Positions 28,116 to 43,370 are shown, numbered from the stretch's first letter. The stretch: DNA of 64,000 nt from Octopus vulgaris (GCA_951406725.2 OX597815.1:62930001-62994000), one strand, 5' to 3'. Notes: generated by a model from the sequence alone, not told the origin. Program-made: numbers and translations.

Positions 28116-28543
28116 TTATATACACACGCACACACAAATATATGTATATATATATAGAAGCGTGTGTGTGTACATACGAATATGTGTGAATGTATATTTA
28201 TAACCACACCTTAGCTCTTGATAGCTTCAAATTCTTATCAATGGTCTGTTCTAGAAGCACAAAGAAGAACTGAAGAAATCGATTCGGAAAGCAAGAGAAA
28301 ACAGAGAAAACAACAACAACAACAACAGCAACGACGACAACAACAACCACCACCACCACCACAAAATCAATACTTAATCCGAAACCCTCTCGCCTCTCTA
28401 CCATCCAACCATCCAATTCAGCATCTACCATAACCATCATGCAAACGTTTACCGCCGATGTTTTTTAATCGCTGGGCTAACCTTCCTAACTGATTCTCGA
28501 GTTGCGTGATATGTCTACAGCGATGACCCCCATATCATATCAG

Positions 28544-28544
<1 letters not shown>

Positions 28545-28587
<43 letters not shown>

Positions 28588-28882
28588 ATATATATATGTA
28601 TATATATATGTGTGTGTGTATATATATACATATGTGTGTATATATATACATATATATATATGTATGTATATGTATGAGTATATATGTAATGTATATATTT
28701 ATATGTGAGTGTGTGTGTAATTGTGTACATGTATGTCTGTGTGCATATGTGAATGTTTGTCTATCATTTGTTAATATATGTGTGTAAATATATATATAGG
28801 TGACATGTATATACATGTATATATATATATATACGCATATATATATACATATAAATATATATATATATTTATATATATATAT

Positions 28883-28932
<50 letters not shown>

Positions 28933-29236
28933 GAACGCGCGTGAGTGTGTGTGCCTGTGTCTCTGTGTGTATATACGTACATACTTCGTGCGTACATTCA
29001 CAAATATGCTTACATTCATATATGTATAGTCATGCATATATGCACGCACAAGCACATTAAGACGCATAAATAAGGTCATACATAAGCTCACATACACACA
29101 CAAATATATACACTGACTTTTCCACACATAAAAAACACCACATACGATTCATTGTATTCCGTTACGCTGCTAATCCATAAACATATATCCATACACTTGT
29201 ACACATGCACATACAAATTAACACACACACACAAGC

Positions 29237-29299
<63 letters not shown>

Positions 29300-30364
29300 T
29301 GTGCGTGTGTATACTATAAATATATATACATACATACATACATACATACATACATACATACATACATACATACATACACATACTCATATACTTGTAAACA
29401 AGATATATCCACGATTTGGTATGTTTCGTGACAGAGAATTTGAACATATATATGTACATACATACATGCATTTATACACACATACTTATGCTCACATATT
29501 CTCTCTCTGTATATATGTATACACACACACTCACATATATATATATATATTTATATATACATACATACATAAATATATATATATATATATAAATATACAC
29601 GCTCACAACATATATATATATATATATATATATGCATGTGTGTGTATGTATATCTTTTTGTTTATGTTATATCTTCTCCACATTATATGCATGCTTGCGT
29701 GCGCGTGCGTATACATCTGTGACTGCATATAAATGTGAGTGAGTTTTTGTATGTGTGTGTGTATGTGTATGTGTGTGTGCGCGCGCGTTCGTGCGTGTAT
29801 GTATTTGGGAATGTGTGTCTGAGTGCGTGTGTATGTACCCACGCCCTGGCGTATTTCGTGACAGAAATCACACGCATTACCATAACACAATATACATATA
29901 GATATATGTTTACACATACAGATGCACACACACACACACACACATACACACACATACACACACTCACTCACATACACACGCACACACCATATGCCCACAC
30001 AAAAACATACACTTACAGTACTACCAACTGTGTTGTATTTCGTGACAAATGTATCTCGCACAGGCACACACACACACATTAACGCACATACAGATGTATA
30101 CATATAATACAGACATATATAATGAGTAAAACAAAAATCATATCATGTATATACACTAGCGTATACATTTCCAGTACACAGTTTCGTCTGTTTCGTGACA
30201 CCACACTACCTATGACATACATATATGTCCATATACAGTTAGAAGCACGCATATACAAACATGCACGAGACGAATAGCATGTAGAAACATACACATACAT
30301 ATAAATGTCATTGAAAATATATAACTACATACATAGAATTATAATATAAATACACATGTATATG

Positions 30365-30402
<38 letters not shown>

Positions 30403-30403
30403 C

Positions 30404-30458
<55 letters not shown>

Positions 30459-31114
30459 CATACATACATACATACATACATACATACATAGGTATATATA
30501 TGTATATATGTGTGTATATATATAGATATATATGTGCATATTCAAATATGATACATGCATGAAATACACACATGCCAACGTACATATTGTACACACACAC
30601 ATATACATATATACATATATATATATAAATATATATATACATATATATATGTACACACACATATATATATACATCGTATGTCTATGTAATTCTATGTACT
30701 TATAAACACATATACATATATATAGATATACATATATGCAAATACATACATGCAGACTTATGGAAAAAAATCCATAAAAATGTGCACAAACACAAACACA
30801 AACAAACTCACGCACTCACACTCATACACACACAAACTCATACACCCAAACACATGTATATACATCTTCACACCTTCACATTTACATACGCCTTCACATT
30901 CTGGCCGTCATCGGCATTAGAAGAAAAATATACAAACCAAAACCTCTTAATACATACATTTTACTGTTTCGTGACAAAAATACCTAACAGGCATACGCAT
31001 AGTCATACACATACACACTTACACACACTTACACACACACAAGCCTATGCATAAACACTTATCCATATACACACATTCTTACATACTAAATATACAAACC
31101 CATATATATTGACA

Positions 31115-31164
<50 letters not shown>

Positions 31165-31584
31165 TGTGTTGTGCGTTTGTGTGCGTTTATATGTGTGAGT
31201 ATATATGTATGTATGTATGTATAGCTAGCTATATAGATATACGCATACATACACACATGCTATTATACTTATATGTAAGCATACATACATGTGTGTATAT
31301 ATATATATATATATATACATACATATATATACATATATATATACATACATGAATGTATGTATGTACGTATGTATATGTGTGCGTATATTTACATACATAC
31401 TTATGCGCTTACATAAGCGCATATTCAGCCTGTGTGTGTCCACAGCCACACACAAAAGAAACGAATTCTACCCCCAACCTCGTCCTGTTGTATTTCGTGA
31501 CAGAACTCACACAAACATACTCAAACGCGTGCTCATTCGCCTGCACTCACACGCAATCTTAAACCCCCACCATTATGTGTGTAG

Positions 31585-31627
<43 letters not shown>

Positions 31628-31632
31628 CGTGC

Positions 31633-31680
<48 letters not shown>

Positions 31681-32130
31681 GCTTACATACACACATATAC
31701 TTATATACACGTGTGCAAATATACACCCTCAAGTAGACACAGAATCACTGTCAACATAAACGTTCATATGCACAGGATACAATACACTCACAGAAGCATA
31801 CATATATATTACACACATTTCTTTTTACAAGCAAACATATATGTATGCATAGGTATACGCATGCTTAAATAGATATAAACTTATTTAACTACCACTCTAC
31901 ATACACCACATATACACGTATACGCATACATACACACAATTAACATGTATACAACATACTTTTATACACACATCAATCAACAATTTATATTTCTTGCTAT
32001 AAATACCGCTAAAGTATCTGTTTATATACATACATAATAATACACGTATATATATATGCGTACGATACGTGCACATTCATGTAATAACAAATATACGCAT
32101 ATACATAAATACAAAAAACACACCGACACC
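28545..32130. repeat. Compound TA/CA/TG/TACA microsatellite field
   Basis: Directly visible; contains six TTTCGTGACA islands (see findings). Confidence 0.9.
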
Positions 32131-32589
32131 CACAGGGAACAATTATTGATGTGGGATTCGGTACTTTTAGTAGAGAAGAATTTATTGATAATTTTAGATT
32201 AAGTGGTTGAAGAAGAAGTAATAAATTTGATGGCTGATATCACTGGTATGTTCTCTCGAACTGATGGGGAGTCAGTGATCTTAAATCTGGTAAGCCACTC
32301 CAGCTGGCCAGTAAAACGATGTTCGACTATTTCTATGTGAAGACAGAACAAACTGGAGAAAATAAAATTCAGGAATATAACCAGAAGTAGTGACCTTCAT
32401 CCTTTCATGGTGACCTGGCAAAATGTAATTTACACAAAAAGTAAATAAATAAACAGACAAGGCAAAATTTCATCCTTCTCTTTGAAGAAAATCTTAGGAC
32501 TACAAATAATAATTTCAGTCAATGATGACAAAGATAGCTAAGGAAAGCCTTTACTTATAAAGGCTATAAATCATAAACAAAGTCTAGGA

Positions 32590-32972
32590 TGTGTGGTAAG
32601 AAGCTTACTTCCCAATCACATAGTTTTGGGTTTAGTCCTACAGCGTGGCACCTTGGACAAGTGTCTTCTGCTATAGCCTCGCGACAACCAAAGCCTTGTG
32701 AGTGGATTTGGTAGAGGGAGACTGAAAGAAGCCCGTCGTGTATGTGTATAGATGTATGTATTTGTGTCTGTCTGTGTTTGTCCCCCACCACCATCGTTTG
32801 ACAAACGATGCTGGAGTGTTTACGTCCCCGTAATCTAGCAGTTCGACAAAATAGACGGATAGAATAAGTACTAGCATACAAAAAAATCCAGGGGTCGATT
32901 TATTCGAATAAAGACGGTACTCCAGCATGGTCACAGACAAATGACTGAATCAAGAAAAAGAATAAAAGAATA
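32590..32972 (+). mobile_element. SINE family 2
   Basis: Aligns to 24015-24465. Confidence 0.8.
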
Positions 32973-33133
32973 TAAGATATATATTTATATATATATATAT
33001 AGGTTATGAGACCCAAGGTGTCAGGTAATACTGAATAAGTGCTATGGATAGACCATAGTTAAGTTCCAGATTCAGTGATTATGCGAATAAGGTGTCCAAC
33101 TCAGGTCATATATCAGCGTGTGTATATAAAGCA

Positions 33134-33320
33134 TTTTTTCGTAATGAGATAAAAAAAAAAAACAAGGCTGTGTAGATTTTATAAATAGGTCTTATAGCTG
33201 TTTCTAGGAGGGATGAAGGGATATAATAAATATCCAAGAAACAACTGCAAGACCTTCTATTTATAAATGTTCTAAAATCTGCATAGCCTTGGTTTTTTTT
33301 TTTATCTCATCACGAAAAAA
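33134..33320. repeat. Fold-back unit with degenerate HHR
   Basis: Arms TTTTTTCGTAATGAGATAAAA...GTCTTATAGCTGTTTC and GAAACAACTGCAAGACC...TTTTATCTCATCACGAAAAAA; the centre has GATGA-A-GGGATAT..ATATCC..GAAAC-AACT-GCA. Confidence 0.6.
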
Positions 33321-33353
<33 letters not shown>

Positions 33354-33355
<2 letters not shown>

Positions 33356-33513
33356 CTTTATCAACCACATTTACTTAAAGTATAAACTTTCAGTATTCGC
33401 CGGTAGGCTGCGTATGGCAGGGTGAATACTCTCTCAAAGCACCGAGTGTTAAGTCACAGCCTACCGACAAATACACGAAGTGTATACGTTAAGCATATGT
33501 GGTTGGTAATGTT
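33354..33513. repeat. Imperfect ~57-bp inverted repeat (hairpin / MITE-like)
   Basis: AACTTTATCAACCACATTTACTTAAAGTATA...CGGTAGGCTG pairs with CAGCCTACCG...TATACGTTAAGCATATGTGGTTGGTAATGTT. Confidence 0.7.
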
Positions 33514-33546
33514 TATTACGCTAGCGCTGCTTCTATTTCATATTTG

Positions 33547-33587
<41 letters not shown>

Positions 33588-33592
<5 letters not shown>

Positions 33593-33890
33593 CGTGATCA
33601 CCGTGACCGACCAGGCTATCAGATGTTGCTACACATCGCTGGTCACAATGCGCTTCGCATTGTTTTAGCCTTCAAATGACGCCACCCCACTGGCTAAGCG
33701 AGCAGGCCAACAGAAGAAAGAGTGAGAGAAAGTTGTGGCGAAAGAGTACAGCAGGGATCGCCACCACCCCCTGCCGGAGCTTTAGGTGTTTTCGCTCAAT
33801 AAACACTCACAATGCCCGGTCTGGGAATCGAAACCGCGATCCTACAACCGCGAGTCCGCTGCCCTAACCACTGGGCCATTGCGCCTCCAC
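33588..33890 (-). mobile_element. tRNA-derived SINE family 3 with RTE-derived bipartite 3' half
   Basis: Head TGGCCCAGTGG / GGTTTCGATTCC; body matches RTE 5' UTR 9285-9340 and RTE 3' end 12646-12706; tail CACGGTGAT x2 runs into (TA)n. Confidence 0.88.
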
Positions 33891-34149
33891 ACACACAGAC
33901 ACACACACACATATATATATGATAAATAGAAGAAACTAAAAACGTTAGACCACAGCATGAGAAAGAACAAATAGTTAAACGATCAAGAATCAGGACAGGA
34001 ATTAAGAGGGAAACAACGGAAGGAAAACAAAGGGGCTAAACTGAATCGCTTAATAAAATTCGTAAAAAGAACCTACCAAAAGGAAAGAAATCAAGAATAA
34101 ATATCGTTATAAACAAAGATGGAAATAAGGTACAAGAATGAAAGGAAAT

Positions 34150-34630
34150 GATAGAATGGTAAGTGCAGTAGTGTTGAGAAGTTTAAAACTAACAGAATAG
34201 TGGAGACCAAAACTTGTTGAATACGATAGGAAACTTTGAAAATAACGACTGACCGTTCCTGCGAGATGAAGTCGCAGTTTGGTCTTTAAAAGCTCGAATA
34301 TCGGGAGGTCTCGATAAGATCTGTGTCCAACTGCTGGAGTACGGAAGAAAAACCACAACAGACATTCTTACGACCATCTCCAATAAAATCTGGAAGATTG
34401 AGGAACGGCCGACGACATCCTGGACTGAGGCACTGATGTCAATTCTTCTCAAGAACGGTAATCTATAACCATACCAGAATGACCGTACCACCAACAAGAT
34501 TAACCAAGTAAATAAAGTAATCCTAAATAGAATGGGGTGCTAAAGAGAAGACTTAATCCTTAATCCAAAAACAGGGTTCCTTAAATGCAGTAATACCATC
34601 AAATACATCAGCAATAAACTACAGCTACAC
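34150..34630 (+). pseudogene. Old non-LTR (RTE-like) RT fragment
   Basis: Translation DILTTISNKIWKIEERPTTSWTEALMSILLKNGNL resembles the pre-RT region of RTE elements; heavily decayed. Confidence 0.45.
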
Positions 34631-34667
34631 AACCATTGCATATGGTGTATGTATGTATATATGTATG

Positions 34668-34701
<34 letters not shown>

Positions 34702-34825
34702 TGTATGTATGTATGTATGTATGTATGCATGTATGTAAGTATGTACGTATGTATGTATGGATGGATGTATAGACATATATATATACACACACATACATAT
34801 ACAGACTTACGCACAAACACACACT

Positions 34826-34922
<97 letters not shown>

Positions 34923-34946
34923 GCACATACATACATACATATACAT

Positions 34947-34984
<38 letters not shown>

Positions 34985-35707
34985 GTGCACGTTTGTATGT
35001 ATATGTTTATACTCATTGACCTTTGTACCTGTGACCTGTTTTGTGTGTTTACGAAACAATCATCCCTAAAACTCCCGTCCATTTCCCCGTTTGTTCTGTT
35101 CTAAACCCAACAACTTTGGTTAGAATCGGTCATTTGGTGCATTTCATGCTATTTATTTCTCAAACGTGAATTATTTCGTCTGTTTATCTGTTTTGTTTGT
35201 TTGTCTGTCTGTTCGTCGGCAAGTCTGCATTTCTTATTATTTTGCTTTTGCTTTTTTTACTTTTATTTTAATTTTAATTTTTTTTTTGCTATTGTCTTCT
35301 GTACTCCGTATTTATTTCTTCAGTTCTTGTTGGGCTTTTTTGTGGCTGTTTTTTTTTTTGTGTGTGTTTGTTATTCATTTGAGTTCTTGTGTGTCTGGAG
35401 GTTTGTTGCGTTCGTTGGATGTTATCGTTGTTGTTGCTGATGTTGTTGCAATCATTTTTCTTTATTGTTCTTCATGCTGTTGCAGTCGTAGTTGTTGCTT
35501 CTTCTGTTGTTTTTTATGTTGCTGTTGTTGGTGTTGTTGCTGCTGCTGTTGTTATTTTCCTTATTACTGTTGTCATTGGTGTAATATTTTCTTGTTTATT
35601 TTCCTTCACGTATTTTTATTTGTCTGAGCGTCATTGTACAGTTTATTTATTTATACATAATATTTAATCAAGAATAAATTGTCTGTAGCTGGTATATCTA
35701 TGTATGC

Positions 35708-35764
<57 letters not shown>

Positions 35765-36049
35765 AAAGTCTATGAGGATTACTGAATAGGATTTCTAAAG
35801 TGTAAAGGTGATTTAAAATTATTTTTAAAAAAATGTTATTAAATCTGTTATAAGGATTTTACAAACCTCTTTTGGAAAGAAGTTTTTCCTAGTGCGAGAG
35901 CGCTTTCATAAAACCTTCTCAAACACGCGTGTTCTTAAAGAGGAAGTTATTTTTGTTCTAGTGGTAGTATCATTTCCGGTTTATTTTCGGGCTTATGGTT
36001 TTAGTCAAAGATATTCTTTTACAATTGTTTATTATATGGAGTGTTGGCA

Positions 36050-37770
36050 ATTTTCGATTTAATTTCGGGTTTAGAATTCTTATAAAGCCTTCTTCTTTTG
36101 CCTTTCGTAGTTGTACATTTTCATCGTTTATTTCGTAAAATGTGAATATTTTAAATTTTCCATTTACATAGATATCTAGATGTTCACTGCATGGGCATTC
36201 CTAAGAGATGAATCCCTAATTTGTTGTTTATGCACTTTTATATGGTTGGTCAGTTTCCTTCTTGTCTCTCCATTATAGTTTTCATTACAATGTGCGCATG
36301 TGATGCAGTAGATGAGGTTTCTTTGTTTTGCAATTCATGTTTGCACTCACTTTTACTTCCTTCCCATTCTTGAGTCTTTTGGTTGTCCCTTACTCAATTA
36401 ATTCGCATGTCCCACATCGAAGTCTCCACAGTTGGTTACTTGCTTCGTTTCTTTTTCAAATGTGAATCTCGCTTTAGTTAGGAGTCTCTTGAGGTTAGGT
36501 GGTTGTCTTCAACTGTTGATGATTTGTGATTTTTTAAAATTATCCATTGGAGATTTGGTGATTGATGTAGAATCAGGGGGTATCGTTTGGTTGAGTGCAA
36601 AATGTTGTGGTTTCTAGGATTGTGGGTGACTACAAACGGAACATTTGTATAAATATTTTTATTTCCACCCCTAGCTTGAGTGTTTCTCCGTAAAGTAGAA
36701 ATCGGGATGTCCTTGGCTTTTATTATGGCATGTTGAATTAACTTGGGACATTTTTGTTTCTGAAGGAATATATTAAGTTCTGCCAGTCGTTTCTCACGTC
36801 TAACAGTATCTGTGACTATTGAGCATATGCACCTTGCCATATTAAATGGTAGTTCCTTTTTGTATGGTAAGGGTGGCAAGATCTAAAATCTAAATATTGG
36901 TGTGTATCTGTGATCTGATAGTAGAAGATCAGTTGTAACTGTCTCATTTTCTTTAACTATAAGGATATCCAGAAAGGAGGGTTGCTTTTCATTCATTTCC
37001 ATACTGAATTGGATTGAGACATGAATGTCATTTATTAATTTAAGAAATTTTGTAAGATCTTCCTTACTTCGATTCCAAAATATGAAGCAGTCATCTAAGT
37101 ATCTTTTCCAGTTTCCTATAAGGTAAGTTTGGAGGTGGTGGTCAAAAGTAGTTCTGGATAAAGAGTAGATTTTTTTTCTTCTAGGTATCCTATTATTAAT
37201 GTGGCAAATGTTGGTGCGACTTTCGTCCCCATGCCAGTGCCTTGTACTTGTAAATAATATTGATTATCAAAGAAGTAGTTGTTTTCCAGTACTAATTGCA
37301 GACCTTCAAGAATAAATTCTTTTGAGAATCTCTCCAAAATTCTACTGCTTCTAGTCCATATGTATGGGGAATATTTGTGTATAGACTAGTTACGCCAAAG
37401 CGAACTAGTACTATCACTTTATCTACTCGTTCCGGGATATGGTTTAAGAAGTTCATGTCATCTCTAATGAAACTGGGAACTAATCTGCATAAAGGTTTTA
37501 AAATTATGTCCCGCAAGTTGCTTAATCTTGGGTGCTGGATGCTGGTCCTGTAACACTCGGACGCAGTTTGAGATCCGTTGGTTTGGAAATCCTTATATAT
37601 GGAGTATAGAGGTCATTTTAAGCTGTTGTTGATCTATTTGGATTTATAGATTTTGGGAAGTCCATAAAAATTATTTGTTTTCATTTCAAAATTAGTGAGG
37701 TAATCCAACTCCTTTTTTTGTTAAGTCATCCTTGAATTGAAAGTAAATCTGGCAATTTGACACATAGTTC
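36050..37770 (-). mobile_element. Penelope-like element (RT plus GIY-YIG), decayed
   Basis: FYGLPKI, GVTSLYTNIPH, QGTGMGTKVAPTFATL, RYLDDCF, FLDIL, LPFNMARCICSIV, PFVVTHNP, NLIYCITCAHCNENYNGET. Confidence 0.88.
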
Positions 37771-37834
37771 GTTTATCAACATAGCTGCATACACCCACAT
37801 AAACACATACATACATATATAATTTATAGGTGTA

Positions 37835-37889
<55 letters not shown>

Positions 37890-37999
37890 ATCCATCTATC
37901 TGTGTGATGTGCATATATATATATATAATTCCATCCATATGTATTGGCTTAAGTTTTTCATTGTTTGATTTGCCTAATAGTGGTTTTGTCTCTAATTTA

Positions 38000-38093
<94 letters not shown>

Positions 38094-38654
38094 ACGTAAA
38101 TGTACAAAGAGAAATAACTCGGAGTAGCCAGTGAAAGGAAAAGTAGAGAACTTTTATCAAACAAAACAAAAAAGAAACTTGGGTGACAACATTGACATCA
38201 AAATTGTCTAAACATTGAAATAGGTTTTATACAAAATTGTAACATTATGAATGAGATGTTGTGACGCGCATACACTTCTGAAACATATTAGATACGAAAA
38301 TAAATAAAAAATATTCTCGACCAAAAACGCGATGAGCTGGTACAATCGTTAACACGCCGGGCATTTCGTACGTCTTTAAGTTCTGTGTTCAAATTCCTCA
38401 GGGCTCGACTTTGTCTTTTATAATTTCGTGGTCGATAAGATAAGTATTAGTTGAATACTGGGGTTGATGTTATCGATTTATCTCCTCCTCCGAAATTGAT
38501 GGCCAAGTGCCAAAATTTGAAATGAATATATTCGACCAAGATGTGAAGCTGATTAACAAATGCAGAGCTGCTGCTATTGTACGTGACGAAACTTGGACTT
38601 GTATGTTACGTAATACAGAAGTCTTACTCATAAAATATGAGAGAAATGTGTACA

Positions 38655-39460
<806 letters not shown>

Positions 39461-40814
39461 ATAATAGAATATATGTTTTGAAGGACGTAGCTCAGTATTT
39501 CCAACGCTGTCTCGATGCTTTCTGCAACCCACCTGATAGAGACAACAGAAATAAAATAACTTTCCACAAGGTCATTATCAGTAATTTTATTGTATTTTTA
39601 GTCGATGAAGACATATAAAGTAACAATTCTAACTATTATTCAACATATTGATATCAGTTTTATGAAACAGAGGATGGTTAATAAAAATTATTGTTGCAAG
39701 TTAATAGTAAATATATTTATAGCGATAGACGAAAAGAAAATTCGCAAAGACATCAAGTCTAACTAAAAGAGCATTTATAAATTTGCTATTTTCACTTTCA
39801 AAGGTAACGTAGATTGTTAGGTAAATAATAGTTGGAATTACAGAATTAACATTACGAAACTAATAATGCTAACTCTGCAAAAGCTAATATAAAATTTAGT
39901 GTAATAAATGTAGTGTGTGTGTGTGAGTGAGTGAGTGTGTCTGTTCATGTATGTGTGTGTGTAATGCAGGTGTGTGTGTTTGTAAATGGGTGTGTTTTAC
40001 GGCTTACATTTTGAACAGCCAACCATTAATAGTACTTACTCAAAAACTGTAACCCTTAAAAGTTATTCGACACTCGTTATGGTTTAAACGTTGAAAGAAT
40101 TTCGTCAACGATGTAATATTTACTTAAATACTTCTATACTTTGGTGCTCTCAGTTTGGTATTTTGGCATTGAGTATCACCAAATTGCTTCATATATTTTT
40201 ATACCTAAGTTTACTGTATGTATATTTTTTCCGTTGCAACTAAATCTTCTGTAGTTTTGTAATGATAGAATCGATTGAAAATGGCTACAGGATGTCTGGA
40301 CAGTTTTTCAAAGACACAGTTCCTCAATGTGAAGAACACTTTTTCCATACCTTCCTATTAGAAACGGAATTACTCAAGGTGTTAGAAAATATAGTCTGCA
40401 ATATTCCAAAAGTGGAATCTCTAGGAATATTGCAGACTAAATTTGTGTTTATCGGAAGTTAGTAAACTTGTAAAGATATTTTATTTTGGAACCATGATCA
40501 ATTCGTAAAAGAAAAAGTCTCGGGCAATGAAATTTTTCAAAGCTAATCGATCGCGACAACTGAATGTCGACTGAAACCCAGCAGATGAACGGCTCCTACA
40601 ATACTGAGCTTAACAAATGGTTCAAGATGTCACTGGCTCATAGGCGCAGGCGGCAAACCACACAAGTTTTTATATTTAATATGAGCAGTTTTGTGTCTTA
40701 TGATACTACCAATGATTGTATCTACCCTGGTTATGCAATAATCCGGGCGCCGGAGTGGGTGAGAAACTGGGTGCCGGAGTGGGAGAGAAATTGAAACATT
40801 CTCATAGTTGCCAA

Positions 40815-41370
40815 GAACGGTAAGCTGTCCGAATCAACAAATGCTTCGCGGTATTTCGCCCGTCGCTAAGTTCTCAGTTCAAATTCCGCCGAGGTCGAAT
40901 TTGCCTTTCGTCCTTTAGGGGTCGATAAATTAAGTACCAGTGAAACACTGAAGTTGATGTAATCGACGAGTCCCTACCCCCAACAATCTCAGGCCTTTAC
41001 TGGAAGAAATACTTAGCGGTATTTCGCTCGTCGCTACATTCTGAGTTAAAATTCCGCTGAGGTCGACTTTGCCATTAATCCTTTCGGGGTCGATGAATTA
41101 AGTAGCAGTGAAACACTGGGGTCGATGTAGTCCCCTTCCTCCAAATTCCAGGCCTTGTGCCTTTATTAGAAAGAGTTATTATTAAGGCGGTGAGCTTACA
41201 GAATCGTTAACATAATTTTTAACGGCATTTTGTCCGTCCTTACGTTCCGAGTTCAAATTTTGCCGAGGTCGCCTTTGCCTTTCATCCTTTTGGGGTCGAT
41301 AAAATAAATACCAGTTGAACACTGGTGTCGATGTAATTGAATTAACCCCCTCCCCCAAATGTGAAACCAT
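40815..41370 (+). mobile_element. Three tandem copies of SINE family 1 or a related subfamily
   Basis: Three successive GTTCAAATT..GAGGTCG..TTTGCC..TCCTTT.GGGGTCGAT..AAT..AGTACCAG blocks. Confidence 0.8.
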
Positions 41371-41754
41371 TGTTATTATTTCAAAATATTTTGTCTCTTA
41401 CCTCCCACAATGGAACTTAGGTGGGTTTACTCTTGAAAAACTACCTGTAACTTCAGCCACCCAAGAACTTTAGAATTATCATCACCATTCCTAATAAGCA
41501 TACCAGTTGTATGTATTCTGTGTACTTCTGTAAGCCAAATATTTTCTGTTCACAACTTGAACCTTTGTTTCTAAGAGTCCAATGACAATTGGTACGACTT
41601 CACTTTTTCTACAATTCCATAATCTCTCCTATCTCTTTCTTCAGGTCCTGGTATATATATAATTTGTTGGTTTCTTCTTCTTCTTCTTCTTCTTCTTCTT
41701 CTTCTTCTTCTTCTTCTTCTTCTTCTTCTTCTTCTTCTTCTTCTTCTTCTTCTA

Positions 41755-41813
<59 letters not shown>

Positions 41814-43144
41814 CAGAACCTTGTCACCAATCTTTGAATCTGATAAATGGCTCTGAAGAATCAAACAGTTTTGTCTGTATTTTTTAAAACCTCTATTCCA
41901 TTGACGCCAATAACTTTTTATTGTGTGGAAATCTCCAGAATATTCCAGTAGAGTCTTTCTGTTTTTTTTAAAAATCTTCTGATCGACTATCTACGAGAGA
42001 TCAGTCCTGATCATATCTGATCAAAGGACAGACATTGGCTTACAAATATTTCTGTTTTATTCTTCCAAATCATTGGAAAAAAAACTCGAAATAATTCCAG
42101 ACAAAATGCAAATCAATGACAGAACTACAAAACAAATACATGACTGAAAATTCAGAAACTATTCCGAAATATTTTCTTTGTTAGTGTTTTTGTATTTGTT
42201 TATATTTATTTACTGTATTTTTATATCTTTGTGGTATAGCTTATTTTTTAGAAAGAGAGGAAGGGGCAGGGTGTAGCTCTACATTTCAGAAGTAATTCAA
42301 TTGTATTTTGTTTTCTATTTTTGTATTAATTGCGTGTTCAAATATAATCAAAATAGTCGTAAATAAGCGAATCGAATTGATAGGTTCCTGAATCAACAAC
42401 CAAATCGTAGATAATCCATATATGGTCATTATGGTCATTATACAACGTTGTCTTGGTGACCAATACACTTAACCTTTCATATAGTCACAACGGTAGAAAA
42501 TTAGAATATTAGAAAATTTATGTGGAGAGTTCAAATACTCGCCTGAAAGAAGTGGCAGATTAAAATAGCTTGTCATAAACAAAATGGTGCTCAAATGACC
42601 TCATTTGGCAAAGCTTCGTTCTCAGAATTAAGCTAACCGATTGAGACTGGAATGGTACTACTGTTTCAATGGAATGAGATTCCTCTGTTGTTAAGTGTTA
42701 TTTTATTGGTTGGTTTTCCCGTTCCACAATTAATGTTTAACAACAACCAGATTCCAACACATTTTCTCACTCTACAAAAATAACTTCATGTCAACCCATC
42801 CCCGTAACTCTAAAATTTCGAAGTGGTTTATCTTTATATTGGCCACTGTTTTGCAGACAAATGATATTGTAATTTACTTGTGCAATATTCTTTAACATAC
42901 ATGGCACTATTTTAGAAGCAAGTGGAGATCGAAAACCCATCACATTTAGTGCCTACCTTGCGTTAAACGCTATACAAAGTCACACTCAGTAAAAATCTAA
43001 CAACACACTTAGTCACTATACTCCCACTCTCACCATCTCATATATACACATGTTGTGCTAGAAACCGCCACCAAGCATTCTAATTCAATACGCCTTCTTT
43101 CCAGCACAGTCCTTTCACCCTCGAGACTCCTTTCACCCCTATAG

Positions 43145-43204
<60 letters not shown>

Positions 43205-43370
43205 GTGTTTTTCGTTCTCGCTATTTTTTGCATTCAATCCTTTCTGCCGAAGAACGTAGGCTCGTAAAGTCAAACGTATTTCCCATTTTTCCCGAGCGTT
43301 AAGCTAATATACTTGCTTGTTGTTCCCCCACCTGTATTCATCTTTTGTTTTCAGTAAATGTGAACTATAT
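43205..43370 (+). mobile_element. Solo pLTR (247-2220 family) with degenerate HHR
   Basis: CTTT-CTGCCGA-AGAAC-GTAG-GCTC-GTAAA-GTC; downstream CCGAGCGTTAA..CCACCTGT matches the family. Confidence 0.6.

Noticed and set aside
28218-28433. 71-aa Gln/Pro-rich ORF
   Set aside because: Driven by (CAA)n/(CCA)n; no ATG start, recognisable domain or clear splice sites. It may still be UTR or regulatory sequence.
35166-35627. Cys-rich hydrophobic 153-aa ORF (metallothionein-like look)
   Set aside because: Product of degenerate (TGT/TGC)n low-complexity sequence.
40262-40794. Short ORFs in unique-looking sequence
   Set aside because: No recognisable motifs; probably an old TE remnant that I cannot classify.
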